From: Balanoglossus misakiensis
Lineage: Eukaryota > Animalia > Hemichordata
Assembly (NCBI GenBank): GCA_040954595.2
Contig: CM082588.2
Location: forward strand, 8,292,844-8,356,843
Length of the DNA stretch: 64,000 nt
Direction: 5' to 3'
Below the pieces are notes generated by a model that was not told the DNA's origin, made no database searches, and saw only the letters and a list, made by a program, of their open reading frames with translations. This document shows, piece by piece, positions 1 to 12,126 of this stretch. Each line of letters opens with the position of its first letter. Within the stretch, counting starts at the first letter, position 1. Both the position numbers and the translations under genes were made by a program.

Positions 1-171
1 CCTAAGGTCACGAAGCTGAGGATGATATGAGGATGAGGCTGGCGAATATGAGGATGAGGGTAAGGCCAACATTACGACCATGTGAGCATGTGTTACTAAA
101 TTTTTGAACATCCGGGACACGCAGGGTAATTGGCATATCCCCCAGGCGGAACAGCTGCGTTTCCACAGCTA
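1..171. mobile_element. Right end of a TAG..CTA-terminus DNA transposon (Academ-like) abutting the satellite
   Basis: 145-171 GGCGGAACAGCTGCGTTTCCACAGCTA is identical to the terminus of the 9-bp-TSD element at 9534-9592; the left end is outside the window. Confidence 0.5.
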
Positions 172-1930
172 ATAACGACGTAACCACACCATAGAACGAC
201 GTATGCCCATCACCTTATAACGTAACCACACCATATAACGACGTATGCCCATCACCTTATAACGTAACAACACCATATAACGACGTATGCCCATCACCTT
301 ATAACGTAACCACACCATATAACGACGTTTGCCCATCACCTTATAACGTAACCACACCATATAACGACGTATGCCCATCACCTTATAATGTAACCACACC
401 ATATAACGACGTATGCCCATCACCTTATAACGTAACCACACCATATAACGACGTATGCCCATCACCTTATAACGTAAGCACACCATATAACGACGTATGC
501 CCATCTCCTTATAACGTAAGCACACCATATAACGACGTATGCCCATCACCTTATAACGTAACCACACCATATAACGACGTATGCCCATCACCTTATAACG
601 TATGCGCACCACCTTATAACGTATGTGCATCACCTTATAACGTATGCGCATCACCTTATAACGTAAGCGCATCACCTTATAAAGTGTTCACATCACCTTA
701 TAACTTATGCCCATCCCCTTATGTATGCCTATCACCGTTCAACTTATGCGCATCACCTTATAACGTAACCACACCATATAACGACGTATGCCCATCACCT
801 TATAACGTAACCACACCATATAACGACGTATGCCCATCACCTTATAACGTAACCACACCATATAACGACGTTTGCCCATCACCTTATAACGTAACCACAC
901 CATATAACGACGTATGCCCATCACCTTATAATGTAACCACACCATATAACGACGTATGCCCATCACCTTATAACGTATGCGCACCACCTTATAACGTATG
1001 TGCATCACCTTATAACGTATGCGCATCACCTTATAACGTAAGCGCATCACCTTATAAAGTGTTCACATCACCTTATAACTTATGCCCATCACCTTATGTA
1101 TGCCTATCACCGTTCAACTTATGCGCATCACCTTATAACGTAACCACACCATATAACGACGTATGCCCATCACCTTATAACGTAACCACACCATATAACG
1201 ACGTATGCCCATCACCTTATAACGTAACCACACCATATAACGACGTTTGCCCATCACCTTATAACGTAACCACACCATATAACGACGTATGCCCATCACC
1301 TTATAATGTAACCACACCATATAACGACGTATGCCCATCACCTTATAACGTAACCACACCATATAACGACGTATGCCCATCACCTTATAACGTAAGCACA
1401 CCATATAACGACGTATGCCCATCTCCTTATAACGTAAGCACACCATATAACGACGTATGCCCATCACCTTATAACGTAACCACACCATATAACGACGTAT
1501 GCCCATCACCTTATAACGTATGCGCACCACCTTATAACGTATGTGCATCACCTTATAACGTATGCGCATCACCTTATAACGTAAGCGCATCACCTTATAA
1601 AGTGTTCACATCACCTTATAACTTATGCCCATCACCTTATGTATGCCTATCACCGTTCAACTTATGCGCATCACCTTATAACGCAAGAACATCACAGTAT
1701 AACGTGTGCCCATCACCTTATACCGCATGCGCATCACCTTATAACGTATGCCCATCACCTTATACCGCATGCTCATCACCTTATAACGTATGCCCATCAC
1801 CTTATAACATATGTGCATCACCTTATAACGTATGCGCATCACCTTATAATGTATGCCCATCACCTTATAACGTATGTGCATTACCTTATAACGTATGCCC
1901 ATCACCTTATAACGTATGCACATCATTATA
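172..1930. repeat. Minisatellite/satellite with 21-bp monomer, 42-bp dimer and higher-order structure
   Basis: 42-bp unit GCCCATCACCTTATAACGTAACCACACCATATAACGACGTAT and 21-bp unit GCATCACCTTATAACGTATGC; a variant block AAAGTGTTCACATCACC...CCGTTCAACTTATGC recurs near 681, 1057 and 1599. Confidence 0.95.
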
Positions 1931-2507
1931 TAAAGAATCCCCATGTCAACATAATTTTATGTCACTTAAGACAGTCACGGCTTTCCATAATGGTATGTTA
2001 TTGATTGTAAGGTAGCTAAAAACGATACCATCCCGATTTCACATCATACAAGCGCTCACTCTATACGTTCGGGTCTATACCCACTGACACATAAACAGAT
2101 AAAGAAATATCTTTATGTGTCAGTGGGGTATAGGCTCGAACTTGTCGTATGACGCCAAATCGGGAGATCGTCTCAGCTACTGATTTATTGTTTATAGCCA
2201 CCTTCCAATTAATAAAATACCTGTGTGTGAAAACATCAGACGCATGATTGGAATGAAATAAGAAGATGTGATTGATGAAGAAAACTCTAATGATTGACAA
2301 ATTGTTAAATATTACACTTTAAATGATGCAAAAAGTGGATATTCAGCATGTTGCTTTTTATATTTCAATTTGCGTCATTATTAACATCTGAGAGGAATAC
2401 ACATTTCCTTGGTTTTCGTGACATTTCAACAAGTCAGATACAGCTGTTATGAAACGCTTTAAAATTTCATAGACCTGTACTTCAAATACGCAAATTAATG
2501 TCCTCAC

Positions 2508-5500
2508 CTCAAAACTGTTGTCACTAAATTCTTCGAGTTTCCAGGTAAAGTGGCAGGGAAACCTCTGCAGTATTTCTTCATAGGACTTTGCTGTATGCTT
2601 CAATCCCGTTATGTGTGTAACTGAAAATTCTATGGAATAGAAAAAAAAACAAAGTTTGGGTGATAAACCGATTTCATGATTTTAATTTTAAATTGCGATT
2701 GGTCTATTGAAATTAGCCTTTTTAATATGGTATCAACATTTTGGGAGAGAGTTGAGTTTGTATCAACCCTTGAATGCAATATATAAGTCAGCGCAACAAC
2801 GTAAAATGTCTACCAAAAGAAACTAAACAACCAAAATATCCTGCATCAATATTGAGCGTTTTCGTTCCTTCAGTTTATTGTAGTGACATTATTTTGGTAA
2901 AATTAAGTGAAATTGACGTAAACTAATAATTTAAAAAAAAATATGCCGGACCATGTAAAGTTTAATGATTTTGCACGGAATATCAATTGCAGGAAAGAAA
3001 AAAACAAAGTGAAACGGAAGGTTTTCAGACCGATCTCTGAAATTCACTTTTGCTCCTGGACACATGACTATAATTGAAAATAAATTCGGCCTATAATCAA
3101 ACTTGTTGGGAGCACATTTTGTTTATTTGGAGGAGATGATATAAACGATGGATAGATATGTTGCAGATAACAACATTACCTTCGATGTTTTTGTCTACAG
3201 GTGGCTCAATTGTAGTTTTCGTTTCCTTAAGTTCGTCAACAGCCTGAAGTAACTGCCGATTTTTGTCCTTTAGTTTGATGTTTTCATCCATGGTCGTTTC
3301 ATTTTGCTTTGTCAGTTTGATATTTATCATGGTTAGTTTAGAACTTTGGTTTTCACTGCTCTCCAGCATTTCCTTCAGAAGCTCACGTGATTGCTCACTT
3401 TCTTCATTTTTCCCCTTAAGGATCGTATATTCCATCTTCTTGGATTGTAGTATGTCCCGAATCTCCTTGTTTTCGTTAAAGAGCGAAGTGATGACAGAGA
3501 GATAGTTGTCTGTCGAGATTGGTTCCAAGACACGAGCAGCTCCTTCTTTTGAAATAGATTCCGCCAGAATCTTGTCCGATTCTTTGGTGCCAGTTTTCAA
3601 GATGTTGACTCCATCTTGATTGGCAAGTCTCTTCAGTTCTGATGAAAATGTGATTAATCATAGTTAGCAAAGTGTTATATATGAATGATATGATGTAACC
3701 CCCTTTGCAATTAGGTCGGAGGCTGTGGAATGCAAAAAAATGGGCATTATCTATTTTACTTTGTGCTCGATGTGCAAATCAATGGCAGACTAGTACAGAC
3801 CTATCTTTAGAATCATACTTCAACAAGCAGCCAACTAAATTAAAACATTCTCTCTAGAACAAATTTTAGCAGCAAGCTTATTTATTCTGATTAGTTGGAT
3901 ATAGTATTGTTTGACCAAATTCCCTGCCTAAATGTTTGTAAACACTAACCTTCTCTTTCATATCTGAATGTCTCTCCCTCTGGTAAGGTGATCGAAGACA
4001 ACTGTTGGCTATCCAAAATCAAACACCGTCTGATTCCAAGGACACCAAGAACTTCTGGCCGTTCATCCAACAGCGAAGACAACTGTAGAGGGCGCTGTAT
4101 TCTTATCAACAGTACGATTGGTGTCTGTGTGTCTCCCACATCAACATCTATCTCAGTTTCCAAAGTGCCGGAACCACCAAGTAGTTTTGATAAACCGATT
4201 CTGCTTTGGCGTGTGGCATAGACAGACCTGTCAGTCTCCACGGCAACAACTGTGCTCTTGTCATCTACATTCACAAACGACGCAGAGAAAGGCTCAATAA
4301 ATGATATGTATTCTCATAAAAGAGAATTTTTCAACAGTTCTTTTTCTTCAAGTTGAATTCTGAAGTGTTAAGGAAAAAAACACTTCAAACTCTATCCTGT
4401 CAGCTAGAAACAAAAACAGTCATAGAAACACTCAACTTGAAAAATAATTCTTGCCAAATGCTGTCATCCATAAATAGTAATTACCTTGTTTAGTCAACAT
4501 CTCTCCACACTTTTCTCCACAAAAACCACAGACCTCAGAAGATTTCACTTCCAGTACATAGCCTATAATAATTAAAGTTACGAAATCTTCATGACATATA
4601 TCGTTGAACGCATTTGCAATTTTGACAATGATCCATAAGAACGTGAGTGTACAGATAGAAAGTTTGACAAAGACACAACACGGACACGAGTCTGGAAATG
4701 GAAATAACCAACGGTTTCAGGTAAAATCCCTCAATTCAAACGAATACACAATGTTCGGCAACAATAACTAAATTGTTAAACTATTAGACTTGCCTTCTTT
4801 GATGTACTTCAATTCTGCCAGACATCGTTGATATCTCCATGTCTCTATGGTTGTCTTCAGGTTCACGTCAGATACATTCAGTTTGTGGAGCAATTCGGGT
4901 GTGATCATGTCTGCCGTAAACAGATCTCCCAGTATCCCTTGCCTGTAGTCACGCCATAGTCTCTCCACTGACTTTGATGTCTGGCATGTCAATACAACAT
5001 GCAGACTGCCCCGCTTGATTTCTTCAATTTGTATGTTTCCAACACTGTTGAGATGCTCTTTGACTTTTGGTAAGTCGTTTTCAGAGTTGCCGTTGTTGAT
5101 TATCTCATTTTCGATGAGTTCAACCTGGTCTTGAGTCAAGGTTGGGCCGGATACCTCCAGGCTTATCTCGATTTTACCTAAAATAACACCACTATATTAG
5201 ATTCAATGTTTCGGTCTCTTTTTCTAAGTTTCTAATTCAGACTTACTTTTTCGAAATGAAGGTACACAATATGCAAAACGTCAGTTTATACAGTTTTAAA
5301 ACTTCAATTATTTCAACTTTAATAACTCCTATCTACATGTATTTCATCTTCTGAAATAAGAATCTCCATCCCCATGATAGTCAGGAATGCGAAGGTCTTC
5401 AGTTATAGAGGAGAACCATTTGATTTCTGGAAAGGGGGTGGAGTATGTCACCAGTTTTTGTTCAGTCACTGTAGGCCTACAGCAGTTTTTTTCGATTGCC

Positions 5501-7377
5501 TCTCTACCTTTTACATAAAGGCACTGCAGAAGCAATTACATGTCCTCATCATCATCTACCAACAATTCTTCCTCCAAAAAAAACCCATCCACCCCTAGAA
5601 AACAAATGGTTCTCCCCTTATTTGATTAGTTGAAATGGCCGTCAATTAAGCAACAGGATCTAGCCTACCCAGCTTAGATTTGAGAGTGTCCTCATGCGTT
5701 TGTCCAGCACCAGGATTTTGTTGGCCACCTTCACCAGTTTTATTCAAATCACCACTTTCTGGTCTATTGTTACCGGGGAGATCTTCATCCAGATTTTCTT
5801 TTTCGCTTCTACCGGAATTCGAGACTCGTTGTCCTTGGTCACGAAATGTTTCCTCTTCCCCTAGAGACGATTGTGAAAAACTCAATTTACTATCACATTC
5901 ACACTAATTGCACAAATGCTTCACATTTAAATTAATTCTGGAAAAACATTCAATTGCTTTTGTGTATTAAAATGCATTTTAGGCAACAGTAAATCACTGA
6001 CAGGCAACACGTCGCTGTTAATTAATATATTGTCATATTGTCATAACTGTGTGTTGTCCAAAGCAACGTATACAGTGCGTGCAACATTCTCTTTATCTAT
6101 CGCTATTTACCTTTGGAAGGCTATTCTGCAGGGTCATCGCATTCTGTAGGGCAAAATACACATTCCAACAACTTGGTGTGATGGTCAGCAATAACACCAT
6201 TCTCAGCGGATATTTGTAGTGCTGTCTTCAGTTCTTGTGCAGCATTCTTTGCACGGCCATATTCACTTAGGATATCCATGATAGCACATACCCACTTTTC
6301 TTTTCCGCTGTCAAGACTTTCGCTCGGTCCTACGTCACAAGTTTGTACACCAATGGAGGGGAAGTGTTCCTTTAGGAATGTTGCCAGACCTGATTGCTCT
6401 GGATGTATTGTAGGCACACCAGCAGTGCAGGATAGAAGACCGAATACACCAAATGGGTCTCCTTTAGTTGTGCAATTTATCACGATGTCACACTGCTTCA
6501 AATCGTTCTTTAACTGGCTTATCGATGCGTTGTTTGGATACATGTGGATATTTAATCGATTGGACATTGTCATCCTCTGTAGCCTCTGTTGACATTCCTC
6601 ACACGGTTCAGAGGATACATATCCTCTTAACTTCCACTTGATGTTCGTAGAGAAATACTTGTATATGTCAGCAACTTTCCCCATGCCACGCGCTACTGCT
6701 TCAAATTCTTCCAGGTCACGCAGCCCTGTTATGGTATGTACAGATAGGACATTGATGGTTTTACGTAAACCGGTTTTATTCACGGAAAGATTGCCGACGT
6801 CTTTCTTCATGCAGGGAATGTATGCAACGTGCTCCACTTGTGAGTTTAGCAATGGTTGAATCTTCATCTCAAACTCCTCATATACTGATGGTCCAACGGA
6901 TAAACTAACAGAGCACTTTTTTGCATATTCCAGCATTTCATCATCTTTGGCAGCCAAGTCCGAAGGATCTAGGTTCATGTTTTCCGGTGTGTCAGAATAG
7001 ACAGGAACAAAGTCCGCAGATGGGAAAACCTTCTCTTGAATACTCTTTGCTGTAATGGCAGTTCCATCCTTACAAGCAGTACCATATACGGTCGTAATTG
7101 GGTGATATTTCTTTAACTGTTGAAAATAGTGCTCGTGTAAAATTAACCAATCACTTGTCGGCTTCCCCTCTTTGATTGGGAGAATCAGCTCCACTCTATG
7201 ACGCCTTGCTTCTTCAACTTCTTTGTCAGAAGCCCGTAACGCCATGAAGTAAACCTCGTTGTTTCCACCAGCAAGATCGATGGCCAATTGTCTCTCAGTA
7301 AGACATGTTGCAATATTGCGACTTCTCGGCCACCACTCCTCTCCGACAACCAACAGACGGTTCACCATCTGTGCCAT
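2508..7377 (-). pseudogene. GT4-like/TRADD-N-like/coiled-coil/IFIT-like gene, copy 1 (nonsense codon; TPR exon absent from window)
   Basis: Exons 7377-6111, 5860-5669, 5177-4794, 4562-4485, 4264-3950, 3638-3180, 2620-2508 are homologous to copies 2-4. TAG at 6123-6121 stands where copy 4 has GAG (AE*PSK vs AEEPSK). Homology stops at ~1997 in the last intron, where the satellite begins. It could still encode a 418-aa GT-only protein. Confidence 0.7.
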
Positions 7378-9533
7378 TTCTAATTGAGAATAAAATATGT
7401 TCGTGTTTATACAATATTTCCACGGCTCATTGAAAGAGGAATGCTATGGAAGGTACAATCATTATTACTGCAGGCTCGTTGGCCTGCTACTCGGTGGACT
7501 GTCTGTCTCACAAAGCTCCGAGTGAGTGGTAATATTTCGGATTCGCCGAAACAGTGGATGTTGTAATAGAAATACGTGTTGATACACGAAACATTTAAAA
7601 CCCAGCTTTTCTTAAATAAAGTAAATGAATAGGAAAGGTCGCAGGACACTACTTTGAGGTCTTGATATTTTATAACATGGCACTTTATAAGTCGCCTGTT
7701 CGTTTGTCTTAAATTCTACTGCTTAAAAGTTTGTCAACCCATTTGCTAAGAATATGTATTGCATGTGTACTGCCGTTTAACTCGTTGTTGCCAGCAAAAT
7801 AAAACTGGCATTTTCTCCACGTGATATGAATATGAGATAAAATAGTCCCTGCTGAAAGATTGTTGAATTGAAGACTTTTCTTTATTTTGAATTCGCGTTT
7901 CTATCACGACCAATACTAAACAAATTGCATTGATACATTGCAGTATAATGTGCGTTGTAAACTCGTCACCGGTATTTTCATGAGTACATATGCAAATAAC
8001 AATAACATGGAACTACTTTCTACTTGTAAACATTGAACGCCAGGTATGCTAGAGCGGTAACCTGTGAAACGCGGTGATTATATCATTATTTGGTTTGTTA
8101 TTTGCTTGATCCTACCAACTCTCTTCAGTAGAATAACATATTTAGTTGTCGACCTTAAAACAACGAAAATTACTCGTTATCGCCAGTTTTCTAGAATTGC
8201 AGATGCAATCTCTCGCTGGCGACACTGAATAACTGACCCAAGATAACCTCATTTGCACACTAATGACTACTTAACTTGGCTAAAAAAACACAGACCGTCG
8301 GCGGGTGCTTATCACTGTCGCGTCAATCTACATAAAATCAAGACGAAACGATCGAAACTTTCAATTTTCGAGACAATAATAATAACAGACTTCCATGCCA
8401 TCTGCATACTTTTTGTGTGGACGGTACAGAAGTGACTCGCTCTGCCAGTCCATATATTATCACCATAGAAAACAGTAGCATTGAAGAGTGCAAGAAAAGT
8501 GCTGACTCAGCATAGTCCACAAGGTTTTAGACCATCTTATTTAAAAATGTTGCATAGGAACTCCCAATTTCTCTCTATTTTTGTTTTAAAAATTCATTGA
8601 TATAAAATATATTTTAAAAACAAGAACATTACGATATTACAAAATAAGTAAAACCTTAAAAATGAAACATTTCTGTTCCTCAGATTTTGGTAGATTTTTA
8701 ATATGTTATTAAGGAGATTCAAAATTACAGAAAACCGTTGATAAACCTTTTGTTGCATTTTTAGGGTAAGGTCCTTTTATTTCATAAGTGCAGCCAACTA
8801 TTAGGCTGAACACAGTATATATCAAATCCATACTCTGGTTCATTTGAGGCCACCACCCCCTAAGCGACAATGCGTCATCGACCTCCTGTGCAAACAACCA
8901 GAAAGAGGTCAGCGATATACACAAAGGGTTTCTCACTCAATTGTGGCATTCCAAAAGTGAAAGAATGTGAAGTGAAAAAGAAGTCCAACACTCGACTGTC
9001 AAATAGTAAAGAATGCGAACATTTATGGAAGACTCAGGTCCAAGGTCATAAGTATTACATTAGTAGTATTGCTCGAAATTCTGTCAATAAATTCACAGTG
9101 TGTACAACAAAAAATTTACGTCAAATATTTTGATTCAAAAGGTCAACCGAGTTCAGACCAACCTCCCACAAACATACAGAGAAACTTGTGCAGATCATGT
9201 TACTCATGAGGAAGCAAAAAATTATATCACTTTCTACAAGTCTTAAAAGACCTTAAACTTCCAATTCCACATTTCAAACTAGAGTAAAAAAACTGAAAGA
9301 GCACAAGTAAGTTTACGTGACCCAGTATACCATTACTTGTGAACGTTTTACCCAACATTGAAATGTAGTTTACCCAACCGTTTGAAATTTGTTTCTCATT
9401 TCTTGAAGTCAGTCGATACACATTGCAGCTACATTTTCTGTACTGAAATCATATTGCACTCTCCCAACTTAAAGATTGTGAACGGCCTGGCCTTAAATGT
9501 TTAGTTTCTCTTTTGCAGACTCATGGTCCAGGT

Positions 9534-9592
9534 TAGCTGTTCCGCCCGGGGGTGTGTGTGCGCCCGGCGGAACAGCTGCGTTTCCACAGCTA
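9534..9592. mobile_element. Miniature Academ-like DNA transposon remnant
   Basis: TAGCTG...CAGCTA termini, internal inverted repeat TAGCTGTTCCGCC/GGCGGAACAGCTG, and flanking 9-bp direct repeat GGTCCAGGT; paralogous copies at 29829-29902 and 56311-56385. Confidence 0.7.
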
Positions 9593-9635
9593 GGTCCAGG
9601 TCAAAGAAAGTGTACACTACCTGTGGGTTACTTAC

Positions 9636-9760
9636 CTTTTGATTTGCAAAGAATCGTGATTAGGTCTAATAGGACGTCCTCCCTTTGTGATTAAATGTGC
9701 CCAAGAGTGTCAGTCACATCAAGTGAACGCGAGAAATGTGATTCACAGGTGAACATCTAC
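9636..9760 (-). other. Probable non-coding first exon of the GT-IFIT gene (5' boundary uncertain)
   Basis: Consensus donor AG|GTAAGT is conserved at 9636, 29946 and 56429. The GT exon starts with an acceptor two bases before its ATG (ttag|AAATG), so an upstream exon is implied. In copy 1 the joined frame has a stop and no ATG. Confidence 0.45.
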
Positions 9761-12126
9761 CGTGTTGTTGACTCGTACAGATTGCGGAACAGAACAGTGA
9801 CCAGCCCCCAATGACGACGCCATTGGTGCCAAGCCCAGTTTGATCAAAACGAGGCTGGTTGCCAGGTCACTCGTGACAGGGCACATCAGGGGTGACATTA
9901 GGCGTTTGAAGCATAGACAGTGTGTGGGGGGGGGGGTGTCTATGTTTGAAGCCTTTTTTACAACAAGCGACTCGGACAAGAGGGTCTTATTTACAACAAG
10001 CGACTCGGACATGGAGAGGGGGGGGGGGGGCAAGGTAGAGCTGGTGGACGTCGACCCTGCGTTTCCCCTATTGTCTCCTATTTGTGAATCTCCAAATAAG
10101 GAGAGATGATATAAAATCTATATGCAACTCTGCATGAATTATGATCACTGTTTACGTCTTTTCGTGGGACATTTCATGTGCAGTAGGCCTATAGGGGCCT
10201 AGATCGATTCAATACATGAACTAATTGAATAAATTTAAAACATAACGATATTAACTGCGCAAAATAGTGGTCGCGACATTTAAATCGCGACCAAAGATAT
10301 TTATTTTACTAAAAATCATAAACGATGTTTGTTATACTTAAATAGGCTGTATTGATAAACCTGATACTAAGGATTTCATCATATGGCTTGGGCACTTCAA
10401 CAAGAAGCTGCATTTGATATATACAAGAAAAATAACAAAAATGGGCATACGTTAAAGACCACAGCCCGATGAAATAAAAACTTTGACCATAAAACCACCT
10501 ATTATGTGTTTACCTAAACATTGATTCTGTTGATTCTGTCGCCCAGTTTTGTGTACAAAATCTCAATCAATTTGACATCAGAGCAGAACGTTTTCTATTC
10601 TGTGCCATTAAATTTTAGAATATCATCACATAAGCGCATAATCTTATGACTGTACAAGAAATGGCGTGATATGAAAATTACATTACATTGTATTTGTTTT
10701 CAAATTGCATCACTGTATGAAAGAAAAGTCAACACATCCCCTGAATAATTAACACTATATATTTTTGTTGTCCTAAATGGACATCTTGAATAACATGGAT
10801 GTTGACATGCAAATAATTGCAATACAATAAACTTGACAAAAGAAATAAGACAACACACACTGCACCTCAAAATGAACCAATGACAATCGAGATATTTACT
10901 CTGAAAACCAATCATATCAAACTGTCGTCAAAACAGGCAATCAACAAATTGGTACTGCGACCCTATAGTTTACACCACAAGAAAACTGCTGATGGTAGCT
11001 ATGATGTTTCACACGGAAAACCCAATATGTCACACATCACATTATTTAGTTATCTGAAATGTTCCAATACTAGTAGTATGGTACAATGGGTATGACTGAT
11101 CAAATACTTTACACTTGCGTGTCATTATCTTTTCAAACTTGAAAATCCCAATTTACCACCAGCCATCGAAATAAACTCACTGAATTGTAAACCACCGATC
11201 GTTCGTTGGTCTACAGCATGTGGATAGAAAAATGTACAACATGGCAAAGAACAGTAAGGGCTTACAAGAAGAGTATTCATTTGAATCTGCAGAGGGCGCT
11301 ATTTTCTCCTGTACCCAAACTCAGCTTTCCTTACAAATGAGTTTTGATACATTTTGTCATCTCTTGGTTCTTACGTTTTTCTAAAAATGAAAAATTTCTG
11401 TGACAAAATGAGTTTTTCAAAGTAAAGTATGAACATTTTAAAGAAATGCTTCATTTTAACAAATACAAAAAACAACAACAGTTGAACACATTCTACAACT
11501 GTACTGATACAAGAGAAAACTATCTGCATATATTGGCGAAATAAATCCAAAGTAATGAATAGTGCAAACACAAACACTTATTCAAATTCATCTTCTGTAG
11601 AGCACACACGTGGTTATATGACACACAATGTATATATCCACACACACAATATTTACTGTGTTATAGGGAAAGCCAAATAACAAATTGTAAATAATATATA
11701 TAACGCTCGGAAACATTGAAAGCTAGAATTGCCGGTTTTCAAGACAACTCCAATACATTGCTAACAGTCAGAATGAACATTTCAGGAAACAGTTCTAAAA
11801 TAAGACTTTTCACTTCAGTGTATGTAGTTGGTTGAAATGTGACGTAAGCAACCACAAGATCGTTACAAGTAATTCTTAAAACACACAGTAACGACACATC
11901 CCTCCATTGTTGATTCAAAATGATGTATGCTCACAAATTTGACTCACCAAGCCACTTTCCCCAGCTATACTCAAAGTCACACATGAACGTGTACATTATT
12001 GTGAACTTTCAACCTTTGAAGGGTGGGTTTCGGTTGACTAGAACATTCAAAATTCATGACAAACACATTATTACTATGGACCGACAATTTTAGGCTAAAT
12101 TCCTGAAAGAAACATTCATTTTGCAG

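Noticed and set aside
1-66. Possible plus-strand exon ending at G|GTAAGG
   Set aside because: Too short, at the window edge, and probably inside a transposon.
169-2015. Long ORFs on both strands (443, 168 and 159 aa) or a CRISPR-like array
   Set aside because: By-product of a repeat whose unit is a multiple of 3; no unique spacers, no cas genes, no true ATG for the long ORF, and eukaryotic context.
8338-11577. Short ORFs recurring in each upstream flank (MDYAESALF, MRNPLCISL, MSESLVV, MFALFIT)
   Set aside because: Indels and stops differ among the paralogous flanks, consistent with duplicated non-coding DNA.
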